From: Candidatus Helarchaeota ASGARD archaeon Hel_GB_B
GTDB taxonomy: Archaea > Asgardarchaeota > Lokiarchaeia > Helarchaeales > HEL-GB-B
Assembly: GCA_005191425.1 (NCBI GenBank)
Contig: SUPR01000021.1
Coordinates: forward strand, 8,142 to 40,141
Direction: 5' to 3'
Length of the DNA: 32,000 nt
Shown here: one piece after another, positions 9,549 to 18,459 of the stretch
Layout: the number at the start of each line of letters is the position of its first letter
Numbering within the stretch: position 1 is the first letter of the stretch
Position numbers and translations under genes: made by a program
The notes under the pieces: model-generated
Database searches by the model: none
What the model was told of the DNA's origin: nothing
What the model saw: only the letters and a program-made list of their open reading frames with translations

Positions 9549-10664
9549 CTAATAAGAATCTTCTAACATTTTTTCATATTTATCTTTTAACTTGAAGTAA
9601 ATATATGCGGGAATAAAGCCGTTCCAAAATTGAAATTCGATGTTTCTTAATTTAGTTTTTATAGAATTGATGGTAATAGATGATTTTTTAAATATTGATT
9701 TGTTTGACTTAGTATTATTGGAGACAGGATCTTGGGTTATGATTTTTAGAAAAACTTCTTTACCATAATCACAATGAATACTTGATATCATTTGGTTAAT
9801 TACATGTTTTGGTAATTTATCTTCTAAAATGGCATAGATTTTAGACAAAATTAATAATTGATTTTGATTTAAGATATTAGACCATCCTGGATCGTCTTTT
9901 CGAATAATACATAGAGATTTTTTAACATGATAATTTTTGAGTTTTTCTTTACAAGTTTTATTTTTATCACATTTTTCGCATATATAATGGTCATAAGAAA
10001 CTTTTCCTGTAAAAATATTTATATTAAAAAGACCTTTTGCCGTTAAAATTTCAATTCTCTTATTATTTTTTATATTAAAACCGAGTTCCGTTAAAACTTC
10101 TTTAAACTTTTCATTTTGTTTCTTAATTTCTAAGTTCATTTCTCTTCGTTTTTCTAAAGTATAGCCAAAATAATCTAATGATAAATTACCAATTTGTTGG
10201 AAGAGATTATCTAAATTTAAATCATCTCTATTGATTTCATAATATATAGAATGATATAAATTGCAGATTTCATCTATTCGGTCATTCATAGCAGCGGAGA
10301 TTTCTGCATCATCTAAAGTGTATCCAATTAAAAAGGTAGGAACTGGCCCCAATATATTTCTAGCTTCAATAATCCAATTGGGAAGATTATTTATGTCGTC
10401 CATTTTATTCATTTCAAAAAATAATAATATAGCACAAGAGCCGTGGTAAAATGAAGTTCTAAAAAATCTGAACCGTTCATTTGCCGAAATGTCCCAAATA
10501 GAAAATGTTAATTCGTCATATTCTAACATTTCTTCTTTAATATAGATGTTGCACCCAATAACATTAGAATAATCCCGGTTAAAGCAACTGTGAAGATACT
10601 TTTTTAAAATAATACTTTTATTTTTACTGCCCAACACAATTACTTTAAATTTAAAAGAACCCAA
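9549..10664 (-). CDS. Degenerate Rab-like small GTPase domain fused to a Cys-containing C-terminal domain
   Basis: Rab-like scaffold (FKFKVIVLG, SIWDISANERFRFFRTSFYHGS) with G1, G2, G4 and G5 altered. C-terminal CEKC...C...C region. Confidence 0.8.
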   Translation of the reverse strand: MGSFKFKVIVLGSKNKSIILKKYLHSCFNRDYSNVIGCNIYIKEEMLEYDELTFSIWDISANERFRFFRTSFYHGSCAILLFFEMNKMDDINNLPNWIIEARNILGPVPTFLIGYTLDDAEISAAMNDRIDEICNLYHSIYYEINRDDLNLDNLFQQIGNLSLDYFGYTLEKRREMNLEIKKQNEKFKEVLTELGFNIKNNKRIEILTAKGLFNINIFTGKVSYDHYICEKCDKNKTCKEKLKNYHVKKSLCIIRKDDPGWSNILNQNQLLILSKIYAILEDKLPKHVINQMISSIHCDYGKEVFLKIITQDPVSNNTKSNKSIFKKSSITINSIKTKLRNIEFQFWNGFIPAYIYFKLKDKYEKMLEDSY

Positions 10665-10757
10665 TTTGAAATATCTACCATTAATTTTTATTTTTTTTCT
10701 ACTCTAATATATATAAAATTTAGAAAAATAAAAAAATTTGGTTTCAAATAGCAATTT

Positions 10758-11981
10758 TTATTTTTTATAGAGATAAATTAACACTAAATAAATTATAAAA
10801 AGAAACCCAATAACTATTGTGCCGAAATAAAATATTCTTAAATATTCTAGATGTAATTCAATTGGAACATCCCATTGTAAGAAATACAAGATAGGAATTA
10901 TTATTTGAAAAAACGTTATGATATATGAAATAAAATAAGTTAAATTATCTTGATGAAATGGAAAATTACGATGATTATTTTTTGAGAATATTTTGTTTTC
11001 TATTTTTATAAGTGTAATCAAACCAACAGGGATAATAATTGGAAATCCTAAAAATACATTTCTATATACATCGGACGCTAATGCTATTTGAAAAACAAAA
11101 AATGGTACCATAATTGAAGAGTATTTTAAAAATGAGTCGTTATTTAGATTATGTGTTTTATATATGCTGGGTAAGACTAAAATCCAAATTAAGGAAAATG
11201 TAATTAACACACCAAAAACTGAATTCGGCCAATGCGCAATGTGATATCCAATCCAAATATTTTCGTATGTAGAGCCAGAGTAGGGAATAAAAGACCTTAA
11301 GAATAAATAAATTATGGTAGGAGGAATTGAAATAATAATAGTCTTAATTATTTTATATCCTTTATAACCTTTCGTAATCATAGCATAAATAGGAATTAAA
11401 AATATTATCGTTTCTTTATTGAGAATCCCAATACCCAAAATTAACATCATCAAAATTATTTCTTTTGTACCTTTAATTTTACCTCTGGAAATATTTAATA
11501 AAATAATACAACCAATTAAAAATAAAAGATATTGCAGTGGATCAACAAAAATTGTATAATAAAATAAATAAAAATTAGGTACTGAGACTAAAAAAATAAT
11601 TGTACCTATTAAAGCATAGAAATTTTTGAAACCTAATAGTTTTAAATAGTGAAAAAACAATAATGCTGTTATAAAAATACAGATGAAAGTAAACAACCAA
11701 TATCCAATCAATGGATCCAATGGAAGCAAATAAATAATTGATGGGGTCAATATTCGATAGCAAAAAGGAGCATCTATTGCAGAGTTAAATGGAAAAATGC
11801 TCATATAATAGTAATGCCAAGCATCACCCCAGGGATGACCTAATGTCCCGGGATAACCGCGGCTTATTAAATTTAAATGGAATGGGGCTGTTAATAACGC
11901 CATTGAAATGGTAATTAACAAAATAAAAAGATATATAGTAATTATTTTACTAAAATTTTTTAATTTGCCCATTAAACTCAT
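10758..11981 (-). CDS. Multi-pass membrane protein, probably GT-C fold (ArnT/PMT-like) glycosyltransferase
   Basis: About 10-11 TM segments. First external loop with GDAWHYY and APFCYRILTP; LNKET motif. Confidence 0.55.
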   Translation of the reverse strand: MSLMGKLKNFSKIITIYLFILLITISMALLTAPFHLNLISRGYPGTLGHPWGDAWHYYYMSIFPFNSAIDAPFCYRILTPSIIYLLPLDPLIGYWLFTFICIFITALLFFHYLKLLGFKNFYALIGTIIFLVSVPNFYLFYYTIFVDPLQYLLFLIGCIILLNISRGKIKGTKEIILMMLILGIGILNKETIIFLIPIYAMITKGYKGYKIIKTIIISIPPTIIYLFLRSFIPYSGSTYENIWIGYHIAHWPNSVFGVLITFSLIWILVLPSIYKTHNLNNDSFLKYSSIMVPFFVFQIALASDVYRNVFLGFPIIIPVGLITLIKIENKIFSKNNHRNFPFHQDNLTYFISYIITFFQIIIPILYFLQWDVPIELHLEYLRIFYFGTIVIGFLFIIYLVLIYLYKK

Positions 11982-12023
11982 CTAATAAATTTTAAGATTT
12001 AAGCCAGAATCTCTAGAATAATT

Positions 12024-12821
12024 TTACCTATTAAATAATTTCTTTAAATTATTCTTAACTTTTACTACATTTTCAAAAACTTTATCATCGTCATAAAAAT
12101 GATGAGGTTCAATAATTATAAAAAGATTTGAGTTCGGAATTATATCTTTAAATTTTTCAAAATCATTACCAATATGCACCGCAATTAGACGATCTTTAAA
12201 ATTTCTTAGAATTCTAAGACTATATCTCGCTGAATAATTTATACCATGTTCATAATCAAAAATGAATTTTAAATTTTGAAGGTCTGGATCGGAAAAAATC
12301 TGTTGTAAATAACCAATTTTTGATGTCATTCGAAAATCGCTATGGGTCATATTTTCAATTCCCATAGTTATTCCAATATCTTCACATTTTTTAATGAGCA
12401 TTTTAAAAACATCAATCGTTCGCTTAAGTGCGACTTTTCTCTGTTTTAATTCAAATTTAGAATTTGACCTGAATGAATTTTGACCCCCATGAAATAAACA
12501 ATATTCAATCTTGTCAAATTCGCTGGCAAAATCAATTGTACTTAATAAAATTTCAATAGATTTTTCTCGAATCCAAGGGTTGTAACTTGAAATATTAATG
12601 TCCTTGATAGGAGCATGAATTGAAATTTTAAAATTATAACTTTGAATAAGATCTAGTATATTTTTCTTAATTTTTGGAAATTTTTCAAATAATTCAGGAT
12701 GTTCAGGTTGAATTTCAAGCCCATCTAAATTATTATTATTAAGTTCTTCGCATATTTTTTTAATAGAATATCCCCATGTGGCTCTATCTAATCCTAATAA
12801 GATTTTATGACGATTCATCAT
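12024..12821 (-). CDS. Sugar-phosphate isomerase/epimerase (xylose isomerase-like / AP endonuclease 2 TIM barrel)
   Basis: GLEI, SIHAP, HGG, GIENM, IFDYEH and AVHI metal-ligand motifs. Confidence 0.85.
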   Translation of the reverse strand: MMNRHKILLGLDRATWGYSIKKICEELNNNNLDGLEIQPEHPELFEKFPKIKKNILDLIQSYNFKISIHAPIKDINISSYNPWIREKSIEILLSTIDFASEFDKIEYCLFHGGQNSFRSNSKFELKQRKVALKRTIDVFKMLIKKCEDIGITMGIENMTHSDFRMTSKIGYLQQIFSDPDLQNLKFIFDYEHGINYSARYSLRILRNFKDRLIAVHIGNDFEKFKDIIPNSNLFIIIEPHHFYDDDKVFENVVKVKNNLKKLFNR

Positions 12822-12852
12822 ATATTTTAAGTATAGAATATATAATAAATTT

Positions 12853-13152
12853 ATGTGTATGAATCAATGGCAGACTAGAAGAGAAAAATTAGTCGATTTA
12901 TTGTCAAATGTGAATCGACCAATAGACATTAATCAAATCTCGGAGATTTTAGAAGTCTTAGATAAGAAAATTATTATTAATGACCTTGAACATATAGACA
13001 AAAGTATAGGATATTCAAATAAAAAATTAATTGTAATCAATCCTCAATGTAAAAACTGTGGGTTTATATTCAAAAAGAAATTTAAAATTCCATCAAAATG
13101 TCCAAGATGTAAAAAATCTAGGATTAGCTTACCACAATTTCAAATAGTATAG
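12853..13152 (+). CDS. Archaeal HTH-Zn-ribbon predicted transcriptional regulator (COG3357-like)
   Basis: TRREKLVDLL...INDLEHIDKS followed by PQCKNCGFIF...PSKCPRCK. Confidence 0.85.
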   Translation: MCMNQWQTRREKLVDLLSNVNRPIDINQISEILEVLDKKIIINDLEHIDKSIGYSNKKLIVINPQCKNCGFIFKKKFKIPSKCPRCKKSRISLPQFQIV

Positions 13153-13168
13153 ATTAAATTAAATGGAA

Positions 13169-13675
13169 TTAATCAATATTATAAAGGTATTTTAAAACAT
13201 TTTTTATATGCTTATAAAAATTTAATGAAAATTGCCCACAGCCCAACTTTTTTATATGAGGGTGCTCTTTTAAATAGTTTAAAATTGAAATATAATCTTC
13301 TTTTTCCAATAGATTATTGTTAAGTGAATTACGGATATTTGAAAATGCTTTAACTAAATTTAAATAAATTGTGTTCACTAAAATCTTAAAATTATTAATC
13401 TTCAAATATTTTATATGTTCACTATTTAATCTTTCATCAATTATAGCTAATAAAACAAATGCTTTTTGAGCATCATCTAAATTTATAAATCGTTTTATAG
13501 TAAATTCGTTATTAAATTCTTTTATTTCTTTCTCGTTAATTTTTATTATTTCGTCCATAATTTTTCTTATTTTTTTAATACGCTCATTATATGTATTTTC
13601 ATTAATTAAAGTATTTTTTCTCATCCAATGTAAAATTTCTTGCATTATTTTCTCTGTTTCACTCCAATTTAACAC
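13169..13675 (-). CDS. Hypothetical helical protein
   Basis: 168-aa ORF with a GTG start, convergent with the HTH-Zn gene. No motif recognised. Confidence 0.6.
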   Translation of the reverse strand: MLNWSETEKIMQEILHWMRKNTLINENTYNERIKKIRKIMDEIIKINEKEIKEFNNEFTIKRFINLDDAQKAFVLLAIIDERLNSEHIKYLKINNFKILVNTIYLNLVKAFSNIRNSLNNNLLEKEDYISILNYLKEHPHIKKLGCGQFSLNFYKHIKNVLKYLYNID

Positions 13676-13836
13676 GAAAATGACCTTTATCTTTTAATAA
13701 TATAGATTTGCTTAAACATTTATAACAAGGTTTTTATACATTTTAATTAAAGATAAAACTATTCATAACATCATTTTTCTAAATTAGACTTTTATTTCAT
13801 TTATTATTCATTTTAATATTAAAAGGTGTTATAAGT

Positions 13837-14808
13837 ATCATTCAAAATGAATCAGAAAAATTAAGGTGGATAAAATCTATTAAAAAAACTCTTCGACGTG
13901 ATGAAACACAAGTCATAAAATTTAAAGAACTCAGGACATACAATTATTTAACCAATGCAATAGAATTAATTAAAGAAATCCTTAAAGACGAAGAGAAAAA
14001 ATGGATCCGAATCTCTAACTTACAAGATATCATAAAAAAGGAATATAAAATAAAAATCGCGCAACCTAGTATTAGAGGACTTATTAAAAGAGTTGTTGAA
14101 GACAAAAACTTTAAAATCTTTCCCCAAAAAAGAGATAAAAATTTTCCTAATGAACAATGGGTATCTTTTAGGGGGACATTAAAAAAAGCTAAATATCGTT
14201 GTGGTGTCTGCTATACACCAATAGATAAAATATTTTATACTATGGAGAGTTCAAGAGAAATTATTCGGGCTGAATGCCCAAACCCGGAATGTAATACATA
14301 TTTAAAACCGAAACAATTTGGTCAGAATTTAATCCCATATGAAATAACAGAATGTCAATTTTGTAAAGAGAAAAAACCAATATATTTAACATGCCCTACT
14401 TGTAATTTATATTTATGTAAAAAATGTATAGTATACCACGAAAAAGTCTTGCACCTGCACCCAGAAATTCCGGTAGGTACTAGATGTAATGGGTGTCAAT
14501 CATTATATATAGAATTACAATGTAGCATTTGTGAAAACTGGTATTGCGCCCGTTGTTTTCCTAAAAATCGAGAATATTTTGAATACTGGTATAAAGATGT
14601 TTACATTGATAACCCATTAAAAATTGACGAAAATTCAATTAAAAATTTATTAGATACAATATGCATAAAGTGTATTGATTTTTTATTTAATTGCGATAAT
14701 TGTGATACTAAAAATGACCCAGAATCCTGTAAACAATGTATTATAAAATCAAGAATAAGAATTTATGACCTGGCAATAAAAAAGCTAGAAAAAGATTTAA
14801 AAAAATAA
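13837..14808 (+). CDS. wHTH-like N-terminus + zinc ribbon + tandem B-box-like zinc-finger protein (extends the 14242 ORF; start uncertain)
   Basis: The 14242 frame is stop-free back to TAA 13780-13782. The extension encodes a protein-like sequence including RCGVC, which pairs with CPNPEC. AGGTGT at 13824-13829 precedes ATC 13837 and ATT 13840. Confidence 0.75.
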   Translation: MIQNESEKLRWIKSIKKTLRRDETQVIKFKELRTYNYLTNAIELIKEILKDEEKKWIRISNLQDIIKKEYKIKIAQPSIRGLIKRVVEDKNFKIFPQKRDKNFPNEQWVSFRGTLKKAKYRCGVCYTPIDKIFYTMESSREIIRAECPNPECNTYLKPKQFGQNLIPYEITECQFCKEKKPIYLTCPTCNLYLCKKCIVYHEKVLHLHPEIPVGTRCNGCQSLYIELQCSICENWYCARCFPKNREYFEYWYKDVYIDNPLKIDENSIKNLLDTICIKCIDFLFNCDNCDTKNDPESCKQCIIKSRIRIYDLAIKKLEKDLKK

Positions 14809-14826
14809 AAATGATGATGAATAAAA

Positions 14827-15150
14827 TTGACAGACTCTTTGTTTAACAATTATGAAAAATTTGATGCTTATAATAAAAGAAACCTCAAAAGCTTATTAAT
14901 TGGAATAATTCTAGCTATTTCTGGCTTTAGTATTTTAATTTACGATAAATTAAATTCATATTACTCTTATTATTCTGCTTTAATCTTTTTATCATTATTA
15001 CTTATATGTACCAGTCCATTATTTATTTCTAATCTTTTTACAGAATTAAAATCAAGAAACATTGGAGAGATTGGAAATAGAATTAAAAATTTTATCATTT
15101 TGGAAGTAATATTTATTGCAATTTCTTTTAATTTAATTTTTATTTTTTAA
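14827..15150 (+). CDS. Small membrane protein (about 3 TM)
   Basis: Three hydrophobic segments. TTG start 18 bp after the zinc-finger gene. Confidence 0.65.
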   Translation: MTDSLFNNYEKFDAYNKRNLKSLLIGIILAISGFSILIYDKLNSYYSYYSALIFLSLLLICTSPLFISNLFTELKSRNIGEIGNRIKNFIILEVIFIAISFNLIFIF

Positions 15151-15208
15151 ATTAATCTCAAAAAATTCCATTATTTTTAAATTTTAGGACTTAAATTTAA
15201 TCTTTAGG

Positions 15209-15439
15209 ATGCCAATTATTATAGTAGATCTTGATAAATGTATTGGTTGTGGTAAATGTAGTGATATATGTATTAAAGCAGTATTCGAAACAATAAAACT
15301 TGAAAAATATAATTATATGACGAAATATTTTGCAGCTCACCCTGAAAATTGCCTTTTTTGTTGTTTATGTGTAGGAAGCTGTCCAGAATTAGCAATAACT
15401 CTTAAAAAGAAAACTTTTAATGAAATAAAGTCTTTTTAA
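15209..15439 (+). CDS. 2x[4Fe-4S] ferredoxin
   Basis: CIGCGKCSDIC and CLFCCLCVGSCP motifs. Confidence 0.92.
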   Translation: MPIIIVDLDKCIGCGKCSDICIKAVFETIKLEKYNYMTKYFAAHPENCLFCCLCVGSCPELAITLKKKTFNEIKSF

Positions 15440-15838
15440 CTCTCAATGAATTTTTAATAAAAATTCAGATATTTAAAAGAAGAATTAATCAAATCTTGAA
15501 TTCAATATATAATATTAAGGGAGAGTTTTTTTAATTTATTTAAAAGATAAATTTTAAAATATTTATAATTAATTTTATTTGACTTTTTTAGGTTATTTAA
15601 TTAAATAATTAGATTTTTTAAAATTTAATTAAATCTTAGATATTATTAAAGAAAAATAAATGATAATGGAGATTATCATTATGAATTAAATTTTTTTCAA
15701 AAAAAGTTTAAATTATTTGAATATAGATAATTATTAATTAATTTCTTGGATTATTTGATAATTGAAATTTATTTTAGATATGAAATAAAATTGAGTATTT
15801 CATAAATAAGAAAGGTTACTAAAATTCGAGGCATTTTA

Positions 15839-16369
15839 ATGATCAAGGAATACAAATTTAAAGTCGTTCTTTTAGGTGACCAAGGAGTAGGTAAAACAAG
15901 TATTATTGATAGATATGTCAATAACAGGTTTAAAGATAAATATCAGCCAACATTAGGGGTCGATTTTCTCATTAAGGATATTGAACTCAATGATGCTAAA
16001 ATAAAATTAATTATTTGGGATATTGGGGGAGAAATTCAATGGAGAAATAAATTAAATCTGTATCTAAATGGAGCAGACAGCGCAATAATTGTTTTTGATT
16101 TGACGCGGGCAGATACATTTAAAAGTCTCAAATTTTGGCATGAAAAAGTCTTAAAAATTGCCGGCCGAATTCCTTATATTTTCGTAGGAAATAAAATGGA
16201 CCTTGAGAAAAATCGAAATGTGAGTTTGTCCCAGGTTACGACATTTATTAAAAGGAAGAGTTATCCATTATATTTAGAAACATCGGCTAAATCTGGTGAA
16301 AAAATACAGAAATTATTTTTACGAATTACTGAAGAAATGCTGAGATTTAAAGAAAAAAAGAATAAATAA
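15839..16369 (+). CDS. Rab-like small GTPase (intact motifs, no prenylation tail)
   Basis: G1 GDQGVGKTS, G2 YQPTLG, G3 WDIGG, G4 GNKMD, G5 ETSAK. No C-terminal Cys motif. Confidence 0.95.
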   Translation: MIKEYKFKVVLLGDQGVGKTSIIDRYVNNRFKDKYQPTLGVDFLIKDIELNDAKIKLIIWDIGGEIQWRNKLNLYLNGADSAIIVFDLTRADTFKSLKFWHEKVLKIAGRIPYIFVGNKMDLEKNRNVSLSQVTTFIKRKSYPLYLETSAKSGEKIQKLFLRITEEMLRFKEKKNK

Positions 16370-16467
16370 ATAATTTTTAATGGTCTAGAATTATTTTTAA
16401 ATCAATATAAAATATTTAAGAGTAAATTAAAAAAGGTTGAAAAAATTCAAATTTTAGAGTTGGTAGT

Positions 16468-17535
16468 ATGACGTATAATGAATCAGATTTCGAGTTAATA
16501 AAAAAGTTGACGGAAACACCTGGTATTGCAGGGCATGAAGATGATATAAGAAAATTAATCTATGATGAAATTAAGGATTATTGTGATAAAATTATTGTTG
16601 ATAAATTGGGGAATTTAATTTGTCTAAAAAAGGGCGTTGATAATGGGCCAAAAATAATGATTGCGGCTCATATGGACACAATCGGTTTTATGGTAAAATA
16701 TATCGATAAGAATGGATTTATACGAATTGAACCGGTTGGTGGAATTGATTCTAGAATCACAATTGGTCAATCAGTTATAATTTTTCATAACAAAGAGAGA
16801 ATAAATGGAGTAATTGCTGCGAAGCCAATTCATCTATTAGATTTAGAGGAAAGAAATAAAGTTAAAAAAATTAATGAACTCCATTTGGATATAGGGGCTA
16901 AGTCTAAGGAAGATGCTGAAAACTTAGTATCAATTGGCGATTTTTTAACCTTTAATTATAAATTTAAAAGGCTGGCAAATACTGTTTTTACTTCTGGAGG
17001 GCTTGATGATAGAGCTGGATGTATGGTATTAATACAAACGCTTAAATCTCTAAAAGACGTCAAGCATTTAAATGACCTTTATTTTGTATTTTGTTCACAA
17101 GAAGAAATAGGGACTCGAGGAGCCATTCCGTCAGCATTCAGAATAAACCCAGATATTGGATTTGTATGTGAGGTTACTCATGCAATTGACTTTCCAGAAA
17201 TTAAAAAAGAAAAATATGGAGATATTAAACTTGGTGGTGGTCCAGTAATCGATATGGGGCCAAATATTAACCCAAAATTGTTTAAGAAAATTGTTAAAAT
17301 AGCTAAAGATAAAAATATACCATTTCAATTAAAAGTAAGTGGCCGACCTACACCAACTGATTTGAGAAGTATCCAAATGACTCATGAGGGTGTTGCTACC
17401 GCATTAATTTCAATCCCACTTCGATATATGCACACAACAATCGAGGTAATGGATCTAGAAGATATTAACTCGACAATATCATTATTTACAAAATTACTTC
17501 CCATGCTAAAAAAGGACATCGATTTAAAATTATAA
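16468..17535 (+). CDS. M42 family metallo-aminopeptidase (TET/FrvX-like)
   Basis: PGIAGHE, AAHMDTIG, LDDRAG, QEEIGTRG, TDLRSI and RYMHT motifs. Confidence 0.95.
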   Translation: MTYNESDFELIKKLTETPGIAGHEDDIRKLIYDEIKDYCDKIIVDKLGNLICLKKGVDNGPKIMIAAHMDTIGFMVKYIDKNGFIRIEPVGGIDSRITIGQSVIIFHNKERINGVIAAKPIHLLDLEERNKVKKINELHLDIGAKSKEDAENLVSIGDFLTFNYKFKRLANTVFTSGGLDDRAGCMVLIQTLKSLKDVKHLNDLYFVFCSQEEIGTRGAIPSAFRINPDIGFVCEVTHAIDFPEIKKEKYGDIKLGGGPVIDMGPNINPKLFKKIVKIAKDKNIPFQLKVSGRPTPTDLRSIQMTHEGVATALISIPLRYMHTTIEVMDLEDINSTISLFTKLLPMLKKDIDLKL

Positions 17536-18459
17536 AATATATTTAATTACGTTTGTCAGACTCTCAGTAAATGGTTTGATATATTCATTGATCACCTTAA
17601 CTGCATCGGGGTTATTGTTAAAGGTAACTAAATAAAAAATTTGATTTGATACTTTTAATGTCTTAAAAAAAAGCCATCCGTCCATTTGCGCCTGTATAAA
17701 ATCAGGTACTTTCATTTTATAGGACCTTAATTTTTGTGCCATATTTGCGAAATAGGGGCCACAAACATGACAAATATTCAGTGATTCGTCATCTTTACTT
17801 GCTTCAGATAGAGCAAGAATATTATAATCTAAAAGAATTATTGATAATGAGTCTGTTTTTTCTAAAAACTCATTTAAATAATCATTTAATACATTCGATT
17901 TTGGAAATACATTCCTTAAGCTCTTTGAAAATACAAATAATAACTCTTCTCTATCAAAAATAGTAGTTTCATAAAATTTGAATTTTTGAGGCAAATCAGC
18001 AAATAAATTTTTCATTGTTTTCACATTTTTTCTAATTCTATCATTGTTCCTGATGTCGGGATCGCTCTTATGGAGAAAAAATGTGATTTGTGGTAAGGAC
18101 TCCCTGTCCTTCTCTAATAGTTCCCAAATTTTTAGAAAATATTCTATTGAATCAATAAATCGGACATCATCTTGAATATCTATAACCCAAAAAATTTGGT
18201 TTGTATTCTCAAAATATTCTCTATGCTCCAAATATTTTTGTTGAAATTTTTTTTGACCGCCTAAATCCCAAACATAAATTGGTAGCCCAAGTATATTAAA
18301 TAAACGTTTTGTTTCAAAACTTAAAGTTGGTTTTATATTTTCTATTTTATTGTAAGCATTTTCAAGCGCATATAAAATTGAGGTTTTTCCGCTATTGTCT
18401 AGGCCTATGAACATTATTTTTAGAATCTCTTTATCTGCATCCATTTTAGACACTTTCAA
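17530..18459 (-). CDS. Rag/Gtr-like (Arf-related) small GTPase with C-terminal roadblock/longin-like domain
   Basis: G1 GLDNSGKTS, G2 PTL, G3 WDLGGQ, G4 HKSD, G5-like ETTIFD, and an extra C-terminal domain of about 120 aa. Start at 18459 or ATG 18444. Confidence 0.8.
   Translation of the reverse strand: MKVSKMDADKEILKIMFIGLDNSGKTSILYALENAYNKIENIKPTLSFETKRLFNILGLPIYVWDLGGQKKFQQKYLEHREYFENTNQIFWVIDIQDDVRFIDSIEYFLKIWELLEKDRESLPQITFFLHKSDPDIRNNDRIRKNVKTMKNLFADLPQKFKFYETTIFDREELLFVFSKSLRNVFPKSNVLNDYLNEFLEKTDSLSIILLDYNILALSEASKDDESLNICHVCGPYFANMAQKLRSYKMKVPDFIQAQMDGWLFFKTLKVSNQIFYLVTFNNNPDAVKVINEYIKPFTESLTNVIKYIL

Noticed and set aside
10642-10681. Out-of-frame ATG upstream of the pseudo-Rab suggesting a frameshifted start
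   Set aside because: An in-frame TTG gives a normal-length Rab-like N-terminus, and upstream ATGs are frequent in AT-rich DNA.
14811-14820. ATGATGATGA as a box C of a C/D sRNA
   Set aside because: It sits in an 18-bp gap between genes with no suitably placed box D (CTGA) or terminal stem.
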